Positions 10,757-22,976 are shown, counted from the first letter of the stretch. The stretch: 32,288 bases of DNA from Diploschistes diacapsis (GCA_023645945.1 JALAIB010000106.1:1-32288), one strand, 5' to 3'. Numbers and translations: made by a program. Notes: generated by a model not told the origin, from the sequence alone.

Positions 10757-12481
10757 TTTAGGGCTGCTCGGAGAATCACAGTACGGCCTGTATCCTTAAC
10801 TAAATCAAGATTAGTCTCTTCCAAGCGAGCATATAGTCAAGGTTGAATGCGCTGGAGCTTCAATCTCGTGATAGGATACGCCAAAGAAACCCTTCGACTC
10901 TATATCACTCTCAAGCCGATTCATAAAATTCCCAACCTGGCTCAATTGTCGCAAAAGCAATCAGTGGGAATAGGTAATGGTATCATTTCCCTTATCCACA
11001 AGTTCTTAATCTCACAACATGACACACAATTGCGACAACGAGCAAATATATTGCGCCAACGACCGGCATCACCTCCCTCAACCAAAGAAAACTTCTCGAA
11101 GAAACCAGGAAGATACCGGACACGGCAGCAAGAGTGACTTTCATGCTGTGCAACTCAATATCGCATAAGGATTGATGGAGTACACGTCCAATGCGGAATC
11201 TTAGACCCCTACTAAAGGGGCAGCGGTTATTGTGACCGTTAGTTTCGGTAGATAGATTACAGACGCTAGGCTCGACAATATAGAGAGCTACTTAGATATG
11301 TAGGAATTGAAGTACCTACATACTTTTCCCGCCATATCGCCTTGCAAAAAACACTTGACATCTAAGTATTTTGCCTTGCTTGCTGCTCCAGCCACTAAAC
11401 TACGCCACTACTAATTCCCGCTACATTCACCCCGATATTCCATGCTGCCAAGATAACGGCCTGAAATAAAGCCGGCACCACCTAAAAAGGGCGGAGAAGC
11501 TCGTTCCCGGCGGAGTACCCTTTTAACCATCTCCGTTCCGTCGAGCCCATATCTCCGGCTTGATTTTGCTCTGCATGCACATCACCGGCAGCACGTGCTA
11601 GCTACTGGCAAAGTTCAGTAAAGGAGACGAGTTGAGATTCGAATGCACGCAATGGTTTTTTACGCCCGAAGCAGATGCAACCCCATTTTTGAATCGGGGA
11701 TAGGATGCGGGTTCTCTGGCGTGTTAGGTGCAATGGACCGGAGGCGGGATAGGAGGCGCCGGACAGATGTAGCGCGCCCCATTACGGGGGGGCGGTGTGG
11801 CTCGGTTGATGGGCTTTGAGGCACCAGATCGTATAGGAACAAAGGTGGCTGGGAGGGGCCCAAAAGAGGAGTGGGTTCGGTGTTGTGGCATTACGGGCCA
11901 AGTTGGCGATCAAAGTGTAGCCGTATAAAGCGTACTGCCCAAGGATGATGAGCTGCATAATGCTTTCGGGAGTGCCCTGTGTGTATAGAAGAGGAAAATG
12001 TGGCATGGCTTGCTGTGGACTTGAGGACCCTGACTCTATGTGTAGATGGCCTTAGTAGCAGGAGCCATGGCTGGGCCTTTTTTCTTTACAGCAGGATGTC
12101 GAGTAATGAAGTGTTAATAGAGGTAGGGTGGCTCTTTGGAGAGTACTAGATGGAGCAATCAATGGCTCCAGAGTGAGAGCCTTGGAGGAAGCAAACGAGA
12201 GGAGTATATACATAAAATCTAAATTTCAAAAGCTGTGCAGAAATCATCCCATAGCTTTTTTTTTTCCTTTCGCGCATTTCCCGTGAGCATGAAGCTTAGC
12301 CGACGCACCATGCGAGCGTCTCTTAGCTCGTTTGATGCGATTATGTGCCACGACATTCTTTTGTACAACCATCCTTCAGAAATGTATCAGTCAAAACCTG
12401 AGACCTCCAGATTTTGCCCGGGCCAGCGAGAAACCGTAGAAAGAAAACCCATGGCCAAGCAACCCGTGATAAATAGACCCA

Positions 12482-13015
12482 TTACTTCCTCGATAGCCCA
12501 TTCCTGACTCTCTCAAACTTACTCCTCCACGCTGACAGACCACTCTCGCTGCCCCCTGAACTCGCGCTGCTGCTCATCGCACTATCCGAGTCCCAAGGGC
12601 TCATCGACGTCTTCCTCCGAACCAGGTTCCCCTGGCCCCCACGCCCGATATGGTACACGGGCGCGATGCTCTCCTCCGCGCCTCGTAGCATCTCCAGCTC
12701 TTCGTCGAAACTGAACATGGCACGCTCCGACATTGGATGTAGGTTGCCGATGCCTCCGCGGCCAGAGGTGAAGGTGCGGCGGGAGGAGGTGGGGGTGTTG
12801 CTAGCTAGCGACATACCTCGGGGAGGCGGGTAAGGGGCAGAGGGATTGAGGGGTTCGCTGTCGGAGCTGTATGTGGGACCTTTGGAGGGCGGGTAGGTGA
12901 AGTTTAACGTAGGTGTCGGCCGCGAGCGGGTTACGTTTCCGGCGCCGCCGCGGCCGGTGTGGGCGTAGCAGGGAACGTTTGGGAAGGGCTCCGTGAGATG
13001 AAAGTTTAGTGGCAT
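12482..13015 (-). CDS. DUF3602 / Par32-like small disordered protein, 177 aa
   Basis: Three GRGGxGN motifs (HTGRGGAGN, SGRGGIGN, HIGRGGQGN) plus ERAMFSFDEELE, typical of this fungal family. The first ATG of the ORF is at 13015. Confidence 0.85.
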   Translation of the reverse strand: MPLNFHLTEPFPNVPCYAHTGRGGAGNVTRSRPTPTLNFTYPPSKGPTYSSDSEPLNPSAPYPPPRGMSLASNTPTSSRRTFTSGRGGIGNLHPMSERAMFSFDEELEMLRGAEESIAPVYHIGRGGQGNLVRRKTSMSPWDSDSAMSSSASSGGSESGLSAWRSKFERVRNGLSRK

Positions 13016-15272
13016 TTCTCGCTGTGCAGGAAGAAGAGCTCTGCTAAGGTAGGGTATGCTGTAGGACAATGCCAACAATCTTTGATGCGATTATGATCCG
13101 GAGAACTCTCCCTTGACGGGACTGTACACCTATGGAGAAGAAGAGAACGTTGAATTGAGATGAGTCATGAACACACAGACTGGAGGAGCAAGATCCAGTA
13201 AAAGAAAACCTATTAGAGGACTAGACGGTTGAAATCGAATGTGGATTTGGTATTTATGATGATTGAGGTCTCGGAGGCACAGAAAGACAGCACAAGTTGC
13301 CCTTTTATAAACATATAAGAGGCCCAGCAGAATGAATGAGGGATTTGGGAGAGCATTGGCGCCATGACCAAATAACAATCGCATGAAAATTTGTAGCGGA
13401 AGCGAACAGAAAACTCACGACATCCTGACATGGGAGCTCCATAGTAAAAGCGGCGACGGGATAGTGTGGCTTGACGCTCACTGCTGCACGGTTTGATTGG
13501 ACCAAGTAGAAGAAAACCTGTGGCAGTGGTGGCTGCTCTTCTTATAGCTGGTGTTTCATTGGCCCTCATATCCGGACTCTCCGGCTGCCGCTTTCTGCAA
13601 CAAACATGCCCCAGCTCACCGACGCTTCTCCTCACGCTACCCATCACGAGGGCGCTTCAGAGGTGGTAGAACACGTAACAGAATCTGGCCAGCATCCAGT
13701 CAAACTTCTTACCGCGTTACACTTCCAACTGGTGCGTCTCTCACGGCGGAGAGAATATTTTTCTGGGGGTAATAAGAATTATACTTTGGCATGGCTGGAT
13801 GCTGCAGAGTCTGGGGAGCATCCCTGCCATTTACTTTCGCCCGCCTTCTCTTGGCCAAAAAACGTGTAATAGATGGCAAGATTAACTCGCGCAAGCGGTA
13901 TGATCGATGGACTCACGTGGTCAGTAGACCGAGAAGAGCAGCATGCGCATGCCATTTGAAGCATGTCCCTTCTGACTTGCGTGATGTCCATCCTTAATGT
14001 GACCCCCTTTACCCCAGATTGTCGGATTCAAGGTCCCAGGAACCTGGGCGTCTTTTAGATTATCGTACCCTCATGATGGTCACACTTCCTTGCACCCTTT
14101 CGGCCCGCCCAAGGCAGAAGAGCTATTTGCGAGATGATGGCTTTGCAAAGCGCTCGAACGACAGATCAACAAGCAGTCAGCTAGAGCGCACTCTAGGTTT
14201 CCGTTATGCCCAGAAGATGCTGCTGGATCTGTTCTTCAGAGGGATTTAATTCTCGAACTTGTACCACGTTATGGCCAATCAGACAATAAGAGCATCGGAG
14301 CCAGGCCACTGATTGGCTATGTTACCTGATGCTAGATAATATGCATCGTTCTTTTCATCTCATTACCATCAGCCTCTCCAGCGTTCTCGCTTCATTGCTG
14401 GAGCGCATAACCTGATGCATAAGTTCGCATGCGAACTTCACTGGCCGTTGGTATCTTCTGCAGAGCAGCTGAGATCACTTCGTCGATTCCTGTAATTTAC
14501 CTCCCGGTGCATCGCCTAGAGGCTTGCTTTAATCTAGATTCTTTTGCTTGGGCAGGTCAAGGGGTTGATAGGTACGCTTCTCGAAGCTTTGCGGCATTGA
14601 TCTATGTAAACGTCCTTATTAACCCTTTCTTAACTTCACTTCGAGCGAAAGAACCTTATCATTTGAGTCGATGGCGCTAAAATCACCCATGAAACCTTAT
14701 CTCCTCATAAATCAGAGGGGACTAGATCGTCCAAGCAAGCACTATACCGATTTTGAATTATAGGCACTTCTGGACAGTACTTGGATAGCTACCAGATAAT
14801 TTCACTCGGTGTGTCTGGTGCGTCTGATCGTTATCGCTTTTGTACTAACTTTGCCTGAGGTGCAAATCAGTAGACAGACCACAAAAACTTTGATGAGTAA
14901 TTATGGCTCTCATGAGCGATATAGACGTCAATTAATCGAAGTAGGGTCACAACGCCCAGCATGTTTACCGAGCATTTCGCTGTACAAGCGTTGAGATGCA
15001 TGTCACGGTGCTTTAAAGTTATGGTGGTCTGCATGTGTGTTCCTTTGTACCTGAATCATGGAAAAAACGGATCTGCATTTCGATGCCAAGCCTTAGCCGA
15101 CTCATTCCCTCGATCGTTCCAAAAGTTAACAACGGAGCTTTTCGGAGTAACTATGATCCGTCTCATGCTTGGATTTGCCCCGTAATCAAATTTCTGATAG
15201 CAAAGATTTGTGTCTTGTCTCAAGTTGCATCGCGGAACTCTTGACTTCCTTCATCGCTTAGTCCTATCCCCC

Positions 15273-17097
15273 ATGCGCTTCTCTTCGTCAAAGACAGTAT
15301 GGCGATGTGCGTCTCGGGTGGGCAAAATCTCTAAAGTTTCGCCGAGACAGGCCCGCCATCTTGCAACAGCTGCGCCTGAGAGAGTAATGTGATTACAGTT
15401 CCCGGAGAGACCAATCTAACAGGAGATATAGGATCCTGTCGAGTACGATCAGATCACTAGACTCCCAAATGGCATACGGGTAGCCACCGAGGCTCTGCCT
15501 GGCCCCTTCTCCGGCGTTGGCGTCTACTTGGATGCGGGTTCGAGATTTGAGAACGATGATCTACGAGGAGTCAGCCACATAGTAGATCGACTTGCATTCA
15601 AGGTAGACCTGGTTTGTTTCGTGTTTGAGCATGGACTGACATCATGCTTAGTCGACCAACTTGAGAACATCTGACGAGATGCTGGAAACACTGGAGTCTC
15701 TTGGAGGCAATATCCACTGCGCTTCGTCGCGAGAAGCACTCATGTATCAATCAGCAAGCTTCAACTCTGCAGTGCCGACAACCGTGGGCATACTTGCAGA
15801 AACAATACGGGATCCTCTGATTACGGATCAAGAGGTTGTCCAGCAGCTGGAGACTGCTGAGTACGAGATCGGAGAGATTTGGTCGAAACCAGAGCTTATA
15901 CTCCCGGAACTTGCACATCTAGCGGCTTATAAAGACAATACACTGGGGAACCCATTGCTGTGCCCAATAGAGAGACTTCCATACATCGACAGAAACACGA
16001 TACAGCGGTACCGAAGTACTTTCTATCAGCCAGATCGATTGGTGATTGCCTTTGCTGGTATCAGCCATCAAGAAGCACTCAAGCTCACAGAGAAATATTT
16101 CGGCGACATGCGCCGCGAAGCACCGGTGCTTTCCGGCACAGGCCTTGATACCTCCTTTACTGATTCTCAACACAGTTCAAATTCTTCTTCAACCACCCAT
16201 AGCTCACATACTTCCGCTTCTAGCTCCTCGAGTCAATCTTCTAAGCTTCTCTCAAAAATCCCTTTTTTCAAAAACCTATCAACATCCGCACCTTCTCATG
16301 CTTCAATGACATCAATGCCAAGCTCGCTAGCCTCCGATTCCTTCGACCTAGCAGCTCCCTCTCACTATACTGGCGGTTTCCTCTCCCTACCCGCTATCCC
16401 CCCTCCAGCCAACGCCGCCCTCCCTCGAGTCTCCCACATCCATATCGCCTTCGAAGCGCTCCCTATCTCCTCTGACGACATCTACGCCCTCGCAACCCTC
16501 CAAACGCTCTTAGGAGGAGGCGGTTCCTTCAGCGCCGGCGGGCCCGGCAAAGGCATGTACTCGCGCCTCTACACCAATGTCCTGAACCAGCATCACTGGG
16601 TCGAGTCCTGTGTCGCCTTCAATAACTCCTACACGGACTCCGGCCTCTTCGGCATCAGCGCCAGCTGTAGTCCCACGCGGGTCGCCAGCATGCTGGAAGT
16701 CATGTGCCGGGAGCTGAACAACCTGACGCTTGAGTCCGGCTTCTCAGCGCTGCAGCTCACCGAGGTCAACCGAGCGAAGAATCAGCTTAAAAGCAGCCTA
16801 CTGATGAACCTCGAGAGCCGCATGGTTGAGCTCGAGGATCTGGGCCGGCAGGTTCAGGTGCATGGGAAGAAGGTCGGGGTGAAAGAGATGTGCGCAAAGA
16901 TCGATGCGCTGACGATCCAGGACTTGAGGAGGGTGGCGAAACAGGTTGTGGGGGGGCAGGTTATGAATGTGGGCAAGGGGAGCGGCAAGCCGACTGTGGT
17001 GCTGCAGGAGGGCGATGAGGAGGGAGTGAGAAGGAAGGATTTTGCGTGGGCGGAGATCCAGGAGAGAATTGGGAAGTGGAAGTTGGGGAGCAGGTAG
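15273..17097 (+). CDS. MAS2: Mitochondrial processing peptidase alpha subunit, ~575 aa, 3 exons
   Basis: Exons 15273..15383, 15432..15602 and 15652..17097 with GT-AG introns. Arg/Lys/Ser-rich presequence, LPNGIRVATE, degenerate metal motif SHIVDRLAFKST, glycine-rich loop GGGGSFSAGGPGKGMYSRLY, and LMNLESRMVELEDLGRQ. Confidence 0.96.
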
Positions 17098-17923
17098 TAG
17101 GTTTTCTTGGGATGATTTTGCAGTGGCGGGTTTGAGACTAATATCGATTCAAAATCACCGCTTCAGCTTGTAAATACGCAATTGGTTTGGATCGGCATAG
17201 CATGCATAGCTCAAGCATAGATTTTCCAATCAAGTAGGGACAAAACAAATAAACAAATCTGCCAGCTAGCCATCCGTGTGCCCTGACCAAGGCGGAGCAT
17301 TCTCCGAACTTCTCGGCAATACATACTGAGATAGCCAGAGCACACCAGACCCTTGCACCTTTATCTTCTCTAGTCACCTCTGATCGCTTTAGGGAAAAGA
17401 AGCTTCCACTCGGCCAATGATGAAAGTCATGGGAATTGCTTCGCTTCCCTCGGTTGTCCACTTCGAAGCCCTCGACTGCCTATGTCGAAGGTGGGAGGAT
17501 AAGAATGCTAACAGCCGAACTGAACGCCATAAAGAACAGTGCCCTTAGAGGCATCGCGACAGATCCCCTGAAGGCTTAGAAGATGAGGGAATGGTGCAGA
17601 TACACATATCTTTGCAGACCCTTATGATTCATCAGCAGCCAACAGCCACATGGGGAAAATAACAGCTCGACCACAAGTATCTACTGTATTTTTAGAAAGA
17701 TATAGTAGTGGGATAATGATATTGGGAAGTAGGAAACTGGGAGAGGTGCCAAGCATAAGCTACTAAGAAATTAGTCATGCTAAAGAGCCTCAACGTTTCC
17801 CAAATGAAATCATATGCGATATTGTCGAAAAAATGGTTTTGACCTCACTTTTTCCGCCTACAACGTGACTTCAATACTGCACAAAAGCAATAAGCCATTA
17901 AATTCTTATCAAGATAATCCATT

Positions 17924-18661
17924 ATGGTCCGCCTAGAAGAAGTCCAGGACGAGGAATTCCTTCAGAGCAAAGAATTTGATGATGACGATGACTACACTGA
18001 CACAGGTACTGTTATGCCTTCTCTAACTTCTTTCTGCACCGCATACCCTGTTCACACCATGAATTTTACTCTTCGCCAAATCTGAAGCTGTTATTTTCAA
18101 AGCTAATAATTATGCATAGATTCTTCTATATCTGGTGACGAAGCAGAAGACGACCTTCCCTTTGAAGAAACGCTCACCGACCGTGTTCTTGCGCTAAAGG
18201 ATATGGTCTCCCCTACAACACGACGGAAGATAAGCGACATCTGTAACACAGTCTCAAGCTATACTCGCAGTGGATTGTGGTTAGGTGCAAAGGGGGTGTA
18301 CGCGCTGAGCGTCACAACCCTTTTCATCGGCGTGCCCTTTTCGCTGCTCGTTGCAGACGATATGATGCTTGCGGAACAAGAGAAAGAAATGAGGATGAGG
18401 GAAATGGGTAATGAAGTGGGTTTAATCGACTTTCTACAATCCCTTTCTCCGATCAGATGGCACTGCCCGCTGGGGACCCCAATTTGGGGATCTTTTGTAT
18501 CGTATCACCTCAAGTACATTATTTGCTTCTCGAACCTCTCTGAGAGTCAATATATAAGCCTATGCTTTGAAGCGTTGCTGACAGCCTTCTAGATATTGAC
18601 GCCAGGAGCTTCAAGCAACCAGCAAGGTCGGGAGCAGGGCAAGCCGCAAGCAGCCCTCTAA
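17924..18661 (+). CDS. TOM22: Mitochondrial import receptor Tom22, 148 aa, 3 exons
   Basis: Exons 17924..18005, 18120..18415 and 18593..18661 (447 nt, in frame). Acidic N-terminus MVRLEEVQDEEF...DDDDDYTDTDS, EETLTDRVLALKDMVSPTTR, single TM segment with conserved Pro (ALSVTTLFIGVPFSL), then ILTPG. Confidence 0.93.
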
Positions 18662-19786
18662 AAACCACTTCCATAATACTTGTCCCAGACAGCCCAATCT
18701 GGTCTCCTAGTCCTTCTTGTACCATATCGCTTCTCTTCTTTAGGCGCATTTGGGTTTATGGGTAGCGTGCATTACGTTCGGAAATTGCGTCGTGTAATGT
18801 AGCACTTGGGCAGGAGCAGGAACCTAGGATGCTATATAAGGGCTTTGTCAGTCAGCTCAAGATATACTATGTTGGATGACACAAGAAAAACAAGACGAGT
18901 AGCCTGACAAGCTGTATTTGGTTGATGGCATCAAGGATCAAGAATATACCCACACAAACATCGACTAGCCAATACTCAATCGGCCGTAGGTTCTGTGTGT
19001 CCCATAGCTTCATTGTTCACGACAACTGTCAGAATCTTGTAGGACATGATGGGGGTGTTACGAGTAAGTTGTTTATGCTTTATTCATGTACATTAGCTGG
19101 TACATCTGCGCTACTTTTGTGTTCTGGCTTCCTCATGTGAAGAACTATTTATATAGGTACCACTTCGCAACACGCACAATCTCCTTTCTCCTACTCCAAC
19201 CTCGTGGCAAGAATCTACCAGGCTGCCTTCTTTCGATCATATTATTGTAGTCTTAGTGCAGGGACTGTGTTACTGTCGCCAATGTTTTGTGTCACGCCAC
19301 TAGATGGGAGTGTATGCTCAAACATGCTCAGGAATGCTCAAACATGGTTTCTCCTCGTCCCATATACAGGGAAACTTTTATACATTCATATCAGGACCTT
19401 AGTTCTGGTCAATGAGCACTGTTGTTATCTGGGCGTTCTCCTCATGTACCCGAATCTATACCAGGGATCTATCTGAGTCGATAATCCCTCGGTTCCGTTT
19501 GCCATTCCACACATGAGAACTTTAAGAACGCGAAATTATCGCCTGAAGACCGCGTTGCTGCAGCGTCCATGTTGCTTTATTTCTGAATCCAATCCGAGTT
19601 CATGGCTCCATGCACATTACTCAACTGGAGGCAGTAGATTTCGACTCAGAATAGGGTAGCCCGTCTTCACATGCCGGCTAACGCACATACTGATGGTTTT
19701 TCAAAAGAAGCGGCGGTTGATATTCTAATTTTTTTCTGGGTTGGCTCGAATGTCTCTTTGGCTCAAACCCAGAGCTGCCATTAGGA

Positions 19787-21073
19787 ATGAGGATTCTCGA
19801 CATCGAAGACAAACTGAATCGAGCTTTCGGTCTAAGGATGGAACAGAAGCATATTGAGCGGCCAGAGCATGGCCTACAAGAACAAGAGGGAATGACGGCG
19901 ATGGAGAAGCGTCAAGCAGAGCTTCTTAAGCCAATGACACGTGGGACTGTGGGCGAAGTTTCCGACGAAGTCATTGCAAGACGCACTCCCCAAGAGGTAG
20001 CAGCGGCAAAAGCAAGAACGCAGTACTACTCGGAAATTTTCGCATCGAGAGGGCCGATAAGATCTCCACAGCCATGCACAGAGACGATACGGGGTCATAT
20101 CATCAGAGACTCTGTGGTAACAGTTGAAGTTCGGACGAATATCATTGTAGGTTTCTCTTAACATACATAACTACTCAATCTTTCAGTAGAGGCTTACATG
20201 GAAGACTAGGTCGAAGATGAATATAATTTTCTATCTGAGCTATCAACATTTCTTGGGGTGATCTATGACCGCGACCCATCTTCCATTATGGTGTCATTGG
20301 AGCATACTTCCTGTATGCTCTTCCAAGGAAATTTCGACCCTGCTTATTCCTTGACTGTTTCGGCTGTGAGGCAATATGTGACACCCACGCTGAATGATAA
20401 AATTACCGTGCTTCTTCAGTGTTTCCTGCACGACGAAATTGGATGCCCAGCCGAGCGTGGCATTATCATCTTCAAGGGTATTGAAGAGGAGAACCTCGCA
20501 GTCAACGGCTTGACGCTTCGAGGTAAGATCGAAGGGGAGATAGCGCTAGAAAGGCTCTGTATGGAAGATGAGCGGACACCAAGCAAGATAGGAAGGGGAA
20601 CTAAACGCGGAACACCTGCCGCCAAAGGCGTGACACGCTTCACCGATATTCAAGAAGAATCAAGATTAGCCTCACCAACGCCAACGCTCTGCCCGCCGAT
20701 GTCACGTAAGGGTGATGTAGCCAACAAGAAGAGACCTCATTCACTCCATCGTCATCAGCATCCGTTGTTGCCCTTGCAAGATCATGCGGCTCTCTTGACA
20801 CCTCCTTCCTCACCATACGACAATGTCTCGGTCAAGTCATACGATTCCGCACCCAAAACGATGGCCTTCCGTGGCCGCAGCAAGAGCCTTACCGCTGGAA
20901 GGAGAAAGAAACATGTCGAGACCGACACCTCGGCCATCCCTGTGCCTGACCTTCCCTGGGCTAAGAGTCCAATGGACGTAAAGGCAGAAAAGCTACAGAA
21001 GGTGGGGAAGAGGAGGAGCCTCCTGGGTCTCTTCAAGGCCCCTAGTCCGACGAAACGGGCATTCGGGCCTTGA
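19787..21073 (+). CDS. Fungal MIF/tautomerase-fold domain protein, ~407 aa, 2 exons
   Basis: Intron 20147..20209 (GTAGGT...CTAG) joins VEVRTNII to VEDEYNFLSELS...YDRDPSSIMVSLEHTSCMLFQGNFDPAYSLTV...ERGIIIFKGIEEENLAVNG, which resembles the MIF-like domain of Pezizomycotina proteins. Start codon is uncertain. Confidence 0.75.
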
Positions 21074-21817
21074 TTTAGCGGGTGCACCACGCAGAGAGGG
21101 ATAAGGGAGCAGTCGGGGGTTGATGGAGATGGTCCACAGGCGTCTGCTCATTCTAAAATAAATGTTTGATGCAGTCAAAGCACGAAGTTTTTTGAACGGT
21201 TGTGACGCCAGTTCAGCACGGTTGTCCTTCTGTTCCTATTCCAGCACGGTGGTTGAATAGCGTTGGGATAGATCTTCAACGCCCTGCAGATACGCTGTAT
21301 GTAGAGCCGGCAGTTATGTAGACATGCTTTCTTACCAGAAACGGCGTGGGCTTTCAGAGCTGGCCAGGTGACTTCGGGTGCATACCATTGCTCTATCTGC
21401 ATGCATGTGTATAAGCGTTTGAGCCGACAGATATCTACCTCGGTAGTTTCTCCAGATGGTCTGTTAATCCAGCAAGTCCTAGGCTGTACCTACGGAATAA
21501 CTGAACAAAACATTCAATATTTTGTCGGAGCCCCGTGTTGACTGATTTGGTCTGCATATTCGTCGTCCTTCTCGAAAACATCAATGCGGTCCACCATAGG
21601 CAGAATAGTACTAGATAACCGTGATTGTTGATTGTACCTGTTCCCGACCACGCATCATAATTCTCTTTGGTTTGCAAGAATACCACTCGGCGTCCTCCCC
21701 GAAGTCACAGTTACAAGCAACCAAGGAGAGGAGGAGACTACAGCTCTCCCTTGTTCGAAAACACCCATATTACAGCAGTTCTCTGTGGGTCGGCATTCCC
21801 TGCACACCCGTTGTGTG

Positions 21818-22976
21818 ATGGTTGGGCGAATCCTCTATACCGTACCTAGCGGATTCACATATGCGTATATTTCGATTCCCAAAACCAACCCAACCAAGCA
21901 GACAATATTGTTCATGCATGGGTTTCTTTCGACTTCGTGGAACTGCAGACACCAGATTTTCATTTCCTTACCATAGTCTATGGCATCTCAACCCTCATCT
22001 GTTGGGCTATGGAGGAACGGATAAGCCAAAGAATCTCGAGCATTACACATTCATGAACATGGCAACCAATGTCGATGCATTACTAGGACATGGTAAGAGA
22101 TGGCGTTCGTAATTTAGATCATTGCCGCATTACTCACCACATCGCACTCATCTTCAATCAACTCAGGACGAATCACAGAAAAGCTAGAGAAAGTACACGG
22201 AGTGGCCATGATTTTGGAAGCATCTTCATGTCTCGCGTGTACAACTGCTATCCGCACCGCTTTCTTTCCCTTACCTTTCTAGCTATCCCCTATTACACCC
22301 CGGAGAGTAAGACAGACCTGGATCTAGCTCAGGCCTACGAAAAGGAATTGGATTCCGAGAGACTCGGATATATACGACTCTTCAACCAGGATGATTCGTG
22401 GAGACTGATGGACCATCATGTGAATAACCCTTTGCTTTGCCGCGCAAGCAAAAGGGGCACGAGTAACAAAGCTGTTGCGATATCTTGCTAATCGATCTCC
22501 CTTCGCTTTAGCACCGACAAGCTAAGAGCTTCTTCGCCTTCAGGTACGGTAGCGCTCGACACCGCACAAAGATTCTACCCATCCGGCGCCCTCCAAGGCT
22601 CGCTCCGCACCAACTACCGTGCTTCGCTCCTGGCTTGGCTCACGCCGGAAGAGGAAGCCGTCTACGACAAGCTCTACCCGGCTAACAGCTACCGCGGGCC
22701 GACCAACTGGTACAAGATGCGGGCTGGTAAAGTGCTAGGCTGACAGGAGGAGGTGGACACGCTGCCAGACCACCGCATACATGTGCCTACCTTGTACGTG
22801 GTGCGCCGTCGAGCTCGTCGCTGCAGGAGATGTGGGAGAGGACAGCGAAGTGTGCGGACCAGTGCAGAAGCGTCAAGTGGTCAACGTAAGGGCACTGGGT
22901 GCAGTTCAAGGCACCCGAGGAGGTCAAGGGATTCATGGAGAAGCATTTGGAGAGCGTGGCTGGTTCGGCAGATTGA
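21818..22976 (+). pseudogene. Epoxide hydrolase-like alpha/beta-hydrolase pseudogene
   Basis: Ordered family motifs spread over different frames: ILFMHGF(L), LLGYGGTDKP, GHDFGS (nucleophile), YRGPTNWYK, VPTLYV, HWVQFKAPEEV. Frameshift near 21960-21990, in-frame TGA at 22741-22743 and further shifts near the 3' end. Confidence 0.85.

Noticed and set aside
9100..12200. Short ORFs and stop-interrupted frames flanking the Harbinger-like MITE (e.g. 10847..11137)
   Set aside because: I could not recognise transposase, reverse transcriptase or host-gene motifs in the frames I read.
14274..14317. Inverted GCCAATCAG / CTGATTGGC pair (CCAAT boxes)
   Set aside because: Only 9 bp and about 1 kb from either start codon, so not distinguishable from chance.
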